Source: a bacterium (GTDB taxonomy: Bacteria; SZUA-182; DTGQ01; JAFGSM01). From it: a stretch of DNA of 64,000 nt. Below, one piece after another: positions 21,919 to 32,033 of this stretch. A program made the translations under genes and the position numbers. The notes beneath the pieces are model-generated. The model saw nothing but the letters and a program-made list of their open reading frames with translations. It made no database searches and had not been told where the DNA came from. The stretch covers positions 1 through 64,000 of the forward strand of contig JBLIRO010000013.1 in assembly GCA_049472335.1 (NCBI GenBank), given 5' to 3'. Each line of letters begins with the position of its first letter. Within the stretch, counting starts at the first letter, position 1.

Positions 21919-22856
21919 TTTTATAAACTCCCTTAACTATTTCAGATAGCTGCTTATTTCTTATATTTAGTATTTAATCCTTTTGTCGTCAAAATATAAA
22001 CCTCTTGTAAGAAAGTATCATTTTTAAGATATTATTATATACAAATTTTTATGCCAGCTTTAAATTAAGCTCTTGTATAGTAATAGAGCAAAGGATCTTG
22101 TTGTAACCGGAATTACAGTCAGCGGAGTAATTATCTGCTGTATCTATTATTTTAAGAAAAGGCCATGTTAAGGTACGTGAAGGACCGCATTAAGATTAAG
22201 ATTCAAGAAGGACTCTGTTAGATTGAATAAGATGCATCTCTGAAGGAGGTTTGAATCAAGTGGATAAAGATAAAAATCCTTGTCAATATAGGCATCACCT
22301 CCCTAAATAAATAATATTTCAGGTTTAACCAATAGAGTATGAAAAAAATATTTTTATTGTATAGTGTCGAATTAGTTGTAAGAAAAATTTTTATGTTAGT
22401 AAATATTCTATCACCCTTTCAGCTTTTGTCAATATACTCGAAATCCAAGATAAAATTGAAATCCCTTTAACTTTAAGAGTTTCTGATGAGAACCGCTTTT
22501 GCATTAATAAGGATATTGATAAAAACATAACTTATTGATAGAATTTTTTCATAAAGGTGTATGTCCCCGTATCGTCCTTTTTGATATATACATGAAAAAC
22601 AGGTCAGGCATTGAGAACAACAAATTCTTGTTTGGAAAACCCCTTTACTTTTCCGGATAGATTGCGATATAGATCCGAAGATCGGTAACATAACAATGAA
22701 GATATTGGCAAAGAAGCTAATCAGGACTTGAAAATTAAGGCAGTGTAATGTCTGATGACAAGTTAGGATATGTTTACCTAATGGGCTGTAAAACTTGTAT
22801 GGCAACAGTACGCCGGCTTATTTAATTTTAAAAACAGTTAGGAGGGGGTGTAATCG

Positions 22857-23300
22857 ATGAAAAAGAGAATATGGATTACCTTTTTTGTCCTTTTAGGAAC
22901 AGTTTTATTGATAGGGGTTATTTTTAATGATAATGTTATAGCTGAAGATGAGAATAATTTCAGCTACAGTTTTGACTTTTATAACCTCGGTAGTGCTTTT
23001 GAATATTCCAGACAGAGTTCCTTGCTTTACCCATATGGTTTTGGGAGCTATAGCCTAAGGGGTTATCCAATGCAAAACTATGTTCTGGCCAATTACAGTT
23101 CAAATCCTTATAGTTTGGGAAGCTACCTCTATCGTTTTTTCGGTGGGGGATATCCCATGCAAAATTATGTTCTTGCCAACTATAGTCCAAATGCTTATAG
23201 TCCGGGAAGCTACCTCTATCGTTATATCGGTGGGGGATATCCCATGCAAAATTATGTTTTAGCAAATTATGGTTTTGGTGGATTTGGAGGCTTTTATTGA
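22857..23300 (+). CDS. Secreted Tyr/Gly/Ser/Asn-rich tandem-repeat protein
   Basis: GGAGG RBS, signal peptide, three GYPMQNYVLANY motifs spaced 29 aa apart. Confidence 0.75.
   Translation: MKKRIWITFFVLLGTVLLIGVIFNDNVIAEDENNFSYSFDFYNLGSAFEYSRQSSLLYPYGFGSYSLRGYPMQNYVLANYSSNPYSLGSYLYRFFGGGYPMQNYVLANYSPNAYSPGSYLYRYIGGGYPMQNYVLANYGFGGFGGFY
23061..23270 (+). repeat. 87-bp tandem coding repeat (about 2.4 copies)
   Basis: Units start at 23061, 23148 and 23235; differences in the core are synonymous. Confidence 0.9.
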
Positions 23301-23353
23301 TATTTAATATTGATCAAACCCTTTGTAAAAAATAGAACCGTCCCCTTTTTTAT

Positions 23354-24700
23354 TCAGAAACGCCGAAAGATCTGAATACGAAAATTTCCCGAATCAACTA
23401 CCAGAACTCTATCTTCGCTATCTACGGCTATGGCCTGGGGATTTTTGAATTGGCCTTGTCCGCTTCCCGTTTCTCCCCAACACTGAATATACTCGACGTC
23501 ATTGTTGTATTTAAATACCTTGTTTAGGGTGCTGTCGGTAACGTAAATAAAACCCTGGGTGTCAAAGCAAAGGTCAGAGGGGCCGGGAAGGGGTTGCCCA
23601 TTTTTATCCTTTGGAATGTAAGCCTTGACAAAGTCTCCATTGAGATCGAATTTGATGAATTTGCTATTTTTGCTGTCTATTACCCATATTGCCCTGAATC
23701 TGCTTGGGTCATAGGCCATCCTGGTAGGTCTTATAAAGCTGCCCGGACCTGAGCCGAATCCGCCCCACTCAAATTTGAACTCACCTTTGTAGTCAAAACA
23801 TTGAATCCTGGAATTTTTCGAATCAAGGACATAACAGTTATCAGATTCATCTACGGCAATATCTACAGGGTGATGAAATTCTCCCTTGCCTGATCCGAAT
23901 TCTCCCCATAAAAGATCTTTATTAACCATATCAAACCATCTTTGATTGTCTTTAATCTCTTCACCCTCGGGATCGATCAATCTTCCATCTTTGTTAAACT
24001 GAAGAATCCTGTTATTTTTTGTGTCTGCAACATAAATAACCGTTTGTCCTATTCTTTCTTTGTAATCCACATATAAGGCTTTGGGTTCATCCATACTGCT
24101 TGATTGCTTAAATGCTTCGTCATTTCCTAAAAGCAGACTCTCCCATTCTTCATCGAAATTGCCTTCGGAATCGAATGTTTGTATTTTGTCTGCCTCCATA
24201 TCACATATATAGATGTTATCATCCCGGTCAATACCAATGTCTATCGGGAGCCTAAAATAGCCATTTCCCAATCCATAACCACCGAAGGTTTTGTCGAATT
24301 GATATTCATAATAGCCCAGGGGTCTCGGAATCTCATTGGGCAGCTTAGGCTTTTCAGGTGCTTGGTTTTGGCCTGGATATGTGTCTTCGATATCAGGCAA
24401 AGGAACAGGAAGAGAGTGGTCTGTATTTAAAAATGTATCTTTATCCTCAGGAAGAGGGCCAGGAATAGGTTTGTTTGTATCTTGATATGTATCCTCGTTC
24501 TGAGGAATTAGGGCAGGGACCGGCTCGTTGCTTTTTTTTTCTGCCATGCCTATACCTGGTGATGAAAACAGATGAAGAAACAGAAAACAAATGACAAGTG
24601 ATATGAGAAGCGGCAGGAGCTTTAAAAAATTATGATCTGAAAACATTAGAAACTCATCTCCGGTATTCGCTTTTTTCACCTTTTTTTTCAGAAGAGCCAA
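23354..24700 (-). CDS. NHL-repeat beta-propeller protein, exported
   Basis: Repeated WGEFGSGKGEF..P.DIAVD...YV.DSKN.RIQ.F; hydrophobic N-terminus; Pro-rich linker; true start may lie slightly downstream. Confidence 0.88.
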   Translation of the reverse strand: MALLKKKVKKANTGDEFLMFSDHNFLKLLPLLISLVICFLFLHLFSSPGIGMAEKKSNEPVPALIPQNEDTYQDTNKPIPGPLPEDKDTFLNTDHSLPVPLPDIEDTYPGQNQAPEKPKLPNEIPRPLGYYEYQFDKTFGGYGLGNGYFRLPIDIGIDRDDNIYICDMEADKIQTFDSEGNFDEEWESLLLGNDEAFKQSSSMDEPKALYVDYKERIGQTVIYVADTKNNRILQFNKDGRLIDPEGEEIKDNQRWFDMVNKDLLWGEFGSGKGEFHHPVDIAVDESDNCYVLDSKNSRIQCFDYKGEFKFEWGGFGSGPGSFIRPTRMAYDPSRFRAIWVIDSKNSKFIKFDLNGDFVKAYIPKDKNGQPLPGPSDLCFDTQGFIYVTDSTLNKVFKYNNDVEYIQCWGETGSGQGQFKNPQAIAVDSEDRVLVVDSGNFRIQIFRRF

Positions 24701-25385
24701 AAATACCCATTATTCCGCCTCCAGATTTTTGAGCACTTTCTCTCTTGCGCTGCTGGCGAGTAATCTCATAGGATAGTGTTGATACTATCTCCCATACGAC
24801 ACCGCGTGCCAATTCCATGGGGCTTGGCCCCTGGCTTATCCCCAAAATACGGCTTAAGGAATTTGTCCCCATTTTAAAATTATTTGCTGTCCATAAGATA
24901 TTCCCGTTTTCAACTTCAATCATTCTGACACTTAATCCAACTTCGGCTCCGGATTCATTGCTTTTACCATACCCGTATTCAGTAAGAACTCCCAGAATCA
25001 AATATTCCACACCTAATCTTTCCCCGATGGCCTTTATTGTTTCATTGTCCATAGAGTTTGGTTTTCTAATCCTGAGGCTCATCAATGCGGCATTAGCCTC
25101 GACGATATCCACAATATCCTTGAATATATGAGCACGGAATAATTCCGTGACGAAGATCTCTCTTACTTTTATGTCCGCGTCCGTATCCTTGCTAAGGTTT
25201 TCAAAGGGAAGGACACAAACGGACTTGTTTGGGGTCCAGGGACGATAAGTGACCACCTCCGGAACAACCACAGGTTTCGTAAAGAATGCAGTCCTGTTAG
25301 TGTTTGCGCATCCGGAGAAAATAAACAGGATAAAGGCAGTGGTTACAATAAAAAAGGTCATTAAACATCTTTCGGAATTTCCCAT
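24654..25385 (-). CDS. Lipoprotein, CsgG/PelC/DUF799-like fold
   Basis: Lipobox FSGC; VCVLPFENLS and VRMIEVENGNILW motifs. Confidence 0.75.
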   Translation of the reverse strand: MGNSERCLMTFFIVTTAFILFIFSGCANTNRTAFFTKPVVVPEVVTYRPWTPNKSVCVLPFENLSKDTDADIKVREIFVTELFRAHIFKDIVDIVEANAALMSLRIRKPNSMDNETIKAIGERLGVEYLILGVLTEYGYGKSNESGAEVGLSVRMIEVENGNILWTANNFKMGTNSLSRILGISQGPSPMELARGVVWEIVSTLSYEITRQQRKRESAQKSGGGIMGIFGSSEKKGEKSEYRR

Positions 25386-25528
25386 TCTCTAGTCCTCCTG
25401 TTAACAACAGCCTTATGAGTCTATGAATTCTGATTGTGACATTTTTCCAATTTTCGAGTTCGATTCTATCACTGGAAACTTTTGTATGTCAAGGTTATCA
25501 AAGGTATTTAACATTGCCTTGTCTGAAA

Positions 25529-27376
25529 TTAAAAGACCGCTTTAAAACGAAGCGTAATAATATCTTCCATATCTTTCGGAGCCCGGAAGGTCTGGGTAAA
25601 TTTATATTCCACTTCTAAAGTATAATCGGAAAAATCATATAATATCTTGGATTCAAAGGTTTCCGTATCGTTTTGTTCCTTTTTATCATCATATTTATAG
25701 CTTGTGCTCCAGGTAAAAGGCGAAAACGACCAATCGAATTTAAAGGAGTATGACATCTCCTCACTCTTGCTTGGATTATCACCGCTAATCTTATAGTACC
25801 TTCTTGTAACCTGGGAGGTAATAAACAGTGATTCATATGGTTGAAAATCCAATTCCAGAGAGCTGTCATTATTTATCTCAGTGCGGTTTTTTGAGGGAAT
25901 GTCCTTATCTGTGAATCGGGTTTCAACCTCTTTCCTGCTTGTGTCATGAGAAAAATCAACTGTCCAGATGTCATGCAAACTGAGACTATAATCAAAATTG
26001 AGCCTGTATTCATTTGTTACGTCTTTTGATGGTCCGTCATAAGTTATGTCCGATGTATCTTTTTTATTTGTCACTGAACGAATGTATTCAGGTCTTAATG
26101 TAAGATTTTCCACCGGGCTAAATGACCATTTCCACATCAATCGTTCCTCTTCTGAAAATGGTTTTTCGTGTTTGTTTTCATTGACTCTTTTGAAATCCAG
26201 ACTCTGATGACTTCGTAATAGATTGGGAAAGTCCGATCTCAAAGATGCTTCAAGAGTTGTTTTATCTATCTTTTCTCCCGGATCTGACCCTTTTGGCTCT
26301 TCAATTGACTCTTCATTAATCACCTTGACATTCAGTTGCATCCATTTTTTCGGGACAGCCCTGATATATCCATTGATTGTTCTTTTTTCAGTGTCAGTAT
26401 ATGTTATTTTATTATTGGAGTCGATGTCCTGCTCTTCTTCCGATTCTCTTCTTATCCATCCTCTAACTTCCAACCAGTCCGTAAGATCTTGTCTTACGTC
26501 AAATTGCATGTCCTGATGACTTTTATCCTCTCCTGTTGCTCTTCGATCGGATTTGGTTTTATTTTCATATTCGAGGCTGATATTCGTTTTTTGAGTAGGC
26601 TTATAACTCAGCTTTCCTCTGAGGGTTTGCAGCAATTCATCTTGACTGACTGGTGAATTAGTATCCCGTTGTTTCTGATATAGTGTCTCCTGATATAGGG
26701 TCTCAACCTTGTAAGAGATTTCGACTTTGGTTGGAGCTCTGGTGGATAAAGTATGATTAAACTTTACTTCGCCATTCATATTTATATCGTCAATATCCGG
26801 TTGATCCTGATCAATATAGTCCGTATATTCATGTTTAAAGTCCAGTTTGATTCTTAATGTTTTTGAAGGCTTATATTGTGCTCCTAATGTAATCTTGTTT
26901 TTCTTTAATTGATTTTTGGTCTCATCATGGTCATAATCCACCTGCAATTCAGGTAGTTCTGAAGGCTGTATCAAAAGGTGTCCAAAGGCCCTTTGTTCGG
27001 TAGGTCTGTTTATATTCCAGGTTTCCTTGAATCCTGTCTTAAAGTCATATATCAAGGATTTTAACATCAATTCTATCTGCGGTTCTCTTGTTTCCGTATC
27101 CTCTTCCCTGCTTTTATCCTCTCTTTTATAATCAAATTTGGCCTCCCCGGTCAGATTCGTCCACCGTGTAAGCTGATTGGAATATTTGACCGATAGACGA
27201 GGGTTATACTCATGATCTTTGTCTCTCGAACCCATTTCTGTTGAATCTCTGAAGGTATATTTTGCGTCCAAAGTGGTTTTTACAGAGGCAGATTCCCCTG
27301 TAAGCGGAGGAAAAGCAAAGAATGCACACAAAATAAGCAGAGTGAGTATCAACAAGTAAATGTGTTTTCGATCCAT
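25529..27376 (-). CDS. Putative outer-membrane beta-barrel protein
   Basis: Signal peptide, alternating beta-strand pattern throughout, C-terminal ..LRFKAVF. Confidence 0.65.
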   Translation of the reverse strand: MDRKHIYLLILTLLILCAFFAFPPLTGESASVKTTLDAKYTFRDSTEMGSRDKDHEYNPRLSVKYSNQLTRWTNLTGEAKFDYKREDKSREEDTETREPQIELMLKSLIYDFKTGFKETWNINRPTEQRAFGHLLIQPSELPELQVDYDHDETKNQLKKNKITLGAQYKPSKTLRIKLDFKHEYTDYIDQDQPDIDDINMNGEVKFNHTLSTRAPTKVEISYKVETLYQETLYQKQRDTNSPVSQDELLQTLRGKLSYKPTQKTNISLEYENKTKSDRRATGEDKSHQDMQFDVRQDLTDWLEVRGWIRRESEEEQDIDSNNKITYTDTEKRTINGYIRAVPKKWMQLNVKVINEESIEEPKGSDPGEKIDKTTLEASLRSDFPNLLRSHQSLDFKRVNENKHEKPFSEEERLMWKWSFSPVENLTLRPEYIRSVTNKKDTSDITYDGPSKDVTNEYRLNFDYSLSLHDIWTVDFSHDTSRKEVETRFTDKDIPSKNRTEINNDSSLELDFQPYESLFITSQVTRRYYKISGDNPSKSEEMSYSFKFDWSFSPFTWSTSYKYDDKKEQNDTETFESKILYDFSDYTLEVEYKFTQTFRAPKDMEDIITLRFKAVF

Positions 27377-27383
27377 ATCTCAT

Positions 27384-28229
27384 TCATGCATAACTGTGAA
27401 GACCACCTAACAGAAAACTAACACCAAAATATGTCATCAAGACAAATAAAAAACCCAGAATGGAGAGAATCGCCGTTCTCTTCCCACGCCATCCGGCTGT
27501 GAATCTGGCATGCAAGAAAGCAGCATACACAAACCAGGTAATCAGCGACCATGTCTCTTTTGGGTCCCAGCTCCAATAGCTGCCCCAGGCATAGTGTGCC
27601 CAGGCCGCACCTGTTATTATCCCCAGAGTTAAAAAGGGAAAACCAACAGCAACGGCCTTATATTCCAGGTCATCCAACATCTGGGAGCTGGGTAAGAGCG
27701 AAATAAAGCCTGTCTTTAAACCATTTTTTTCATGACCATGTTTAATCAGATACATTATGCTAAAACCGAATGCAATGGCAAATGCGGCATATCCGAAAAA
27801 ACAGGTTACTACATGTATAAGTAGCCAGTTGCTTTGTAAAGCCGGCACTAGTGGCTCGATCTTATTAGGTATCAAATTAGGCATCACACTGGGGGCTGCC
27901 AAAACCAAAAAGGCTATGGGCATAACAAAAACCCCTATTACTTTTAAGCCATATTTTTTTTCAAAGATCAAATAAATAAGAACAATGGCCCATGAAAAGA
28001 AAACCATCGATGAATAAAGGTTAGTGAAAGGGGGTTGACCAATACCCAATTTATAGGAATAAAGGGTTCTAAATATAAGGGCAAGGGTATGGCACAACAA
28101 TCCCACGAGAGTTGTCCATGTTGCCAGTCTGGCAATAAGCTTATTCTTATCAATCAAATTGATAATGTATAGAAGAGAAGAGCCAAGATATATAATCATG
28201 GCCAATCCAAAAAGTTTTTCATTATACAT
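27384..28229 (-). CDS. ccsB: System II cytochrome c biogenesis protein (CcsB/ResC)
   Basis: WGSYWSWDPKETW (WWD) motif; GLHSYA C-terminus. Confidence 0.95.
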   Translation of the reverse strand: MYNEKLFGLAMIIYLGSSLLYIINLIDKNKLIARLATWTTLVGLLCHTLALIFRTLYSYKLGIGQPPFTNLYSSMVFFSWAIVLIYLIFEKKYGLKVIGVFVMPIAFLVLAAPSVMPNLIPNKIEPLVPALQSNWLLIHVVTCFFGYAAFAIAFGFSIMYLIKHGHEKNGLKTGFISLLPSSQMLDDLEYKAVAVGFPFLTLGIITGAAWAHYAWGSYWSWDPKETWSLITWFVYAAFLHARFTAGWRGKRTAILSILGFLFVLMTYFGVSFLLGGLHSYA

Positions 28230-28301
28230 AAATTAAACCCCCAAAAAATATTGATAATGCTTTTTCAGCAATTTTAACGCTGGCTTAAAAACCTCTGCTT
28301 A

Positions 28302-29702
28302 TTAATTTTTTAACAATGCAAGCAGTTCCTGCCACACTTGGTTAAGTTTATTCTCGAAACCAATTTTGTTTTTATCCGCATGCCCGATAACTTGAATAGT
28401 ACAACCACGGTCGCTCGGGCTTAATCTTGCCCACACCCTTTGGTGGGATGAAAATAAAACCAGAATGACTCCGAGCATTAGTAAAATACATCCAATCCAT
28501 ACAATCCAGACTCCAGGATCTTTACCCACTTGAAGGCCGGTATACATCTTCCCTTTATAGTCCTTAAAAGTATATATATATTGGCCCTTTTTAATCATAT
28601 GAAAGTCAGGAAAAGAAAAACCCCAGACAAGAAAAGGTTCTTCCCCTTCTTTTGTTATCATAAGCTGCACTGCGGGATTTCTCATCTGGTCTGATTTGGA
28701 AAATACATGTCCATTAGAATCCATACCAAAGTCTGGTAAAAACCGTACAGCCTTGACCTGTCTTTTTTTCCCATCGACTCCGGTAAATTCGAAATTTCCT
28801 CCCGGACTTACCCGGAAATTCTGAACGGGCTTGTCAGATTTCGGGTCCATGGGTTTTACCTCAATGAGTAGTTCCCCGAACTGGGTGTCCTCTCCATAAC
28901 TTGATTGATATAATGTCATGCCCTTATAAGTTAAAGGCTGATTGACCTCGATGACCTTGCTCAACATCTCCTTCCCTTCATCCAGGATAGTGAGGTGGCT
29001 CCTGTAATCCTTAGGTCTCATAGTATTTGGATAATATTCTATTTCAAACTTATCACACCTGACTGTGAAATCCAGAGCATAAACCTTTTTTGAGCCATAT
29101 TCATAGAAATTATCGGCACTTGCGCCTTCTGTTATCTGTAAATAGCCTTTAACCCCTGTTGCGGCGCTAATTATTCCACCCAAAAGTATGATCAGGATAC
29201 TGATATGGGTAAGATAGAAAAAAAGCCATCCATTGCGGTTTTTTTCGGAAAAGAGGAAGGTATTGCCACTTATTTCCTCTTGCTGTAGTGATGCTCCTAA
29301 TCCATTTTTTTTAAGCAGGGAGCAGAGTGCATCTTTACATTCGGTTAGAGGCCTATGAAATACCTTGCTATGAGACAGCCTGTATTTTTTTGCCATATCA
29401 TCGGTAAATCTTGATAGGGCTGAGCGAATTCGTTTCAGATCCCTCGGCAGTCTTCTTAGGGTACAAAACAGAATATTGACAGATAATAAGACCAATAGCA
29501 ATATAAACCAGGGGGAGTGATATACATCAAAAAAACCAATAAATTTAAAAAATTTGTATAAACCCTCCCCATAATTTTGAATATAGAGGGCTGGATTTGC
29601 CTTTTGAGCTATTAAAGTCCCGATTATGGATGAAAAGGCCAAACATATCAGAAGAATTATGGCCAATTTGATAGAACTAAAAAATTTAACTATACGTTTC
29701 AT
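28302..29702 (-). CDS. resB: Cytochrome c biogenesis protein ResB
   Basis: FSSIKLAI, DVYHSPWF, VNQPL..YQSSY, GLQVGKDPG. Confidence 0.93.
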   Translation of the reverse strand: MKRIVKFFSSIKLAIILLICLAFSSIIGTLIAQKANPALYIQNYGEGLYKFFKFIGFFDVYHSPWFILLLVLLSVNILFCTLRRLPRDLKRIRSALSRFTDDMAKKYRLSHSKVFHRPLTECKDALCSLLKKNGLGASLQQEEISGNTFLFSEKNRNGWLFFYLTHISILIILLGGIISAATGVKGYLQITEGASADNFYEYGSKKVYALDFTVRCDKFEIEYYPNTMRPKDYRSHLTILDEGKEMLSKVIEVNQPLTYKGMTLYQSSYGEDTQFGELLIEVKPMDPKSDKPVQNFRVSPGGNFEFTGVDGKKRQVKAVRFLPDFGMDSNGHVFSKSDQMRNPAVQLMITKEGEEPFLVWGFSFPDFHMIKKGQYIYTFKDYKGKMYTGLQVGKDPGVWIVWIGCILLMLGVILVLFSSHQRVWARLSPSDRGCTIQVIGHADKNKIGFENKLNQVWQELLALLKN

Positions 29703-29791
29703 AGCTTTTTGAATTTCTCCGTTAAATGATTTTTAAAAATGTCAAGAGTATGTATCAGGCTTTTCTACCACAGATAAGGCTTATATGTCAA

Positions 29792-29834
29792 TCAAGTGCC
29801 TAAAGTGCCTAAAGTGTCAAGTGCCTAAAGTTAA
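29792..29834 (+). repeat. AAGTGCCTAAAG short-unit repeat cluster
   Basis: Three GTGCCTAAAG units; 29802-29834 is the exact reverse complement of 32702-32734. Confidence 0.85.
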
Positions 29835-29842
29835 AAAAATTT

Positions 29843-31327
29843 TCAGGCACTATCTTTTTCTGTTTTTTCTTTCTCTGCAAGGTGAAGGAAGTTTTTTGCT
29901 ATTTCAAACGCCTCTGCCTTTGTTTTTATTTTATCGCACAAAAATAATTGATTGATTGAACGTAAGGCCCTTCCCATAATAGGTCCGGGAGGAAACAGAA
30001 GCTTTTGTTTCAGGTCCTCCCCGGTAATCAAAGGCCCCTTTCTGTATTGCTTTTCCATTTTTTCCCTAAAAAGAAAAAGAGAATTGAGAAAATCCAGATA
30101 TTTTTCTATCATTTCTCTATTAGTCCAGGTAGAGAAAATGTCCGCAATTGAAAGCAATAACAAAGCCTGCCATGTTTCACCCAAATGGATAAATAGATTT
30201 ACCCTGGCCTTATCTGAAACCTTTTTTGCCAGTGAAAGCATCAGGGGCCTCATATGGTCCTGAACAAGTTTTATTGTAAGGTGAATCTCAGCTTTGCTAA
30301 AACGCAGGGCTTCCATCCTCGATTTAAGCACAATTCCCCCTGTCTGCTGGTGTCCATAAAAAATTACCTGACCCTTTTTACCAATGTCTTTAACCTTTGG
30401 TTTGCCGATATCATGGAAGATGGCAGCCATTTTAAGACAGTGTATTTGATTTTTGTATTTCTTTTTTACATATGAAACCATTTCATTCAGTCGAGGATTG
30501 AGATGTTTGCCAGGTGTATTTAAAATTTCTTCAAGATAGAAAAGTGTAGTCCAGGAATGTTCCCAGAGCGTAGATTTGTGTTTTGAACCCTGATCGAGTC
30601 CATCCATTGGAATTATTTCAGGAAAGATCTGTCCAAGCAGTCCTGTCTCCTTCATCTTCCTGATATATATAGCTGCCTGGGAGGAGTTCATGATCTTGAT
30701 CCATTCCTCGTGTATCCTTTCAGGCGCTACTTTTTTGATTAAACAAATATTCTCTGATATAAAATCCAGGGTTTTTTTGTTTATGATGAAACCAAATTCC
30801 GAGCTGAACCTGAATGCCCTGCAAAGCCGGAGAGGATCATTTAGAAAATTCTCTTTGCTGATCATCCTGATAATCCCTTTTTGGGCATCATGTCTCCCAT
30901 TAAAGGGATCTATCAATATGTCTGTGATAGATATATTTGGCTTTAGAATATCCGCACCCTTTATGGCCATGGCATTAATAGTAAAATCACGCTCCAATAG
31001 ATTCTGGAATAGGGGCTCTATTTTTTTTCGCAGGGTTACATCTATGGTTACGCCCGATTTTTTAAGGGCAAAACGATAGATCCCGCGTATTTTGTCTAGA
31101 CAGATGAGAGTTGAAGGTATCCTTTTATGAAGAGAGGAAAGAAAATAATCGGGTCCGTATACAAGCAGGTCAATATCCAAAATGGGGCGATGAAGTATAA
31201 GATTCCTTACCCATCCTCCAACTAAATAGACAAGGGATTTGCTTTCATCTGCTGCAAGAATTATATTTCTATAGATTTCATGGTCCAGATTCTCTGAAAG
31301 GTCAGGGGGCTTCATCTGCTTCTCCAA
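29843..31327 (-). CDS. cca: tRNA nucleotidyltransferase (CCA-adding / poly(A) polymerase family) with HD domain
   Basis: VGGWVRN..DIDL, RDFTINAMA, DPLRLCRAFRF, ERIHEEW, HDIGKP. Confidence 0.85.
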   Translation of the reverse strand: MEKQMKPPDLSENLDHEIYRNIILAADESKSLVYLVGGWVRNLILHRPILDIDLLVYGPDYFLSSLHKRIPSTLICLDKIRGIYRFALKKSGVTIDVTLRKKIEPLFQNLLERDFTINAMAIKGADILKPNISITDILIDPFNGRHDAQKGIIRMISKENFLNDPLRLCRAFRFSSEFGFIINKKTLDFISENICLIKKVAPERIHEEWIKIMNSSQAAIYIRKMKETGLLGQIFPEIIPMDGLDQGSKHKSTLWEHSWTTLFYLEEILNTPGKHLNPRLNEMVSYVKKKYKNQIHCLKMAAIFHDIGKPKVKDIGKKGQVIFYGHQQTGGIVLKSRMEALRFSKAEIHLTIKLVQDHMRPLMLSLAKKVSDKARVNLFIHLGETWQALLLLSIADIFSTWTNREMIEKYLDFLNSLFLFREKMEKQYRKGPLITGEDLKQKLLFPPGPIMGRALRSINQLFLCDKIKTKAEAFEIAKNFLHLAEKEKTEKDSA

Positions 31328-31977
31328 TTCTCTTCGATCTTCAGAATCCTTTCTATACTTAAATCTCCCTCCCTTATGATCTGTATATGTCCCCCGGTTG
31401 CATCCACGATTGTGGAGCCGAGGGAAGGTTTAAGCTCTCCTGAGTCGATGATCAGATCCACCAATCCTCCAAGATCCTTTAAAGCTTCATCAGGGTGTGT
31501 AATCCCTCCCTTCCCGGAGAGATTCGCGCTTGTCGAGATAATGGCAGAATCGGTTTCCCTTGCCATGGCAGTGGCAATTGGGAATTTGGGCCATCTGAGG
31601 CCGATCTTTCCAGTTCCGGCAGTAAGTAATGAGGAAACTTTTTGAGAGCCTGGGAAGATAATGGTCAGAGGTCCGGGCCAGTAAAAATCCATCAACTTTA
31701 CTGAAAGAGGAGGGATTTCGCTGACCCAGTCCTTTAAAACATCTCTATGATAAATGATTAAAGGTAAGGGTTTCCCCATGGAACGGCCTTTTACATTAAA
31801 AATCTTTTGAATGGATTTTATATTTGAGGGATCTCCTCCCAAGCCATAAAACGTATCGGTGGGGTAAACAACCAGGCCACCCTTTTTGATTATTTCCCCT
31901 GCCAGGGAGATTACATTCGGGTCCGGTGCCTCTGGTGAACATGGTATGGTCCGTGTAGAAACTAATTTGCCGTTCAA
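31312..31977 (-). CDS. tsaC: L-threonylcarbamoyladenylate synthase
   Basis: PTDTFYGL, KGR...KPL, WPGPLT, STSANLSG. Confidence 0.93.
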   Translation of the reverse strand: MNGKLVSTRTIPCSPEAPDPNVISLAGEIIKKGGLVVYPTDTFYGLGGDPSNIKSIQKIFNVKGRSMGKPLPLIIYHRDVLKDWVSEIPPLSVKLMDFYWPGPLTIIFPGSQKVSSLLTAGTGKIGLRWPKFPIATAMARETDSAIISTSANLSGKGGITHPDEALKDLGGLVDLIIDSGELKPSLGSTIVDATGGHIQIIREGDLSIERILKIEENWRSR

Positions 31978-32033
31978 GATGGATTATCCCTTTGTCATGA
32001 ATAAAATCATTACACTATACATGAATGCAGCCA

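Noticed and set aside
22680..22820. Possible c-di-GMP riboswitch upstream of the repeat protein
   Set aside because: Only fragments (GGCAAA, AACAATGAAG) resemble the consensus and the paired stems could not be built; an Infernal/Rfam scan would be needed
23061..23270. Regularly spaced repeats as a possible CRISPR array
   Set aside because: The period is 87 bp, in frame, the intervening parts are themselves similar, variation is synonymous and no cas genes are present
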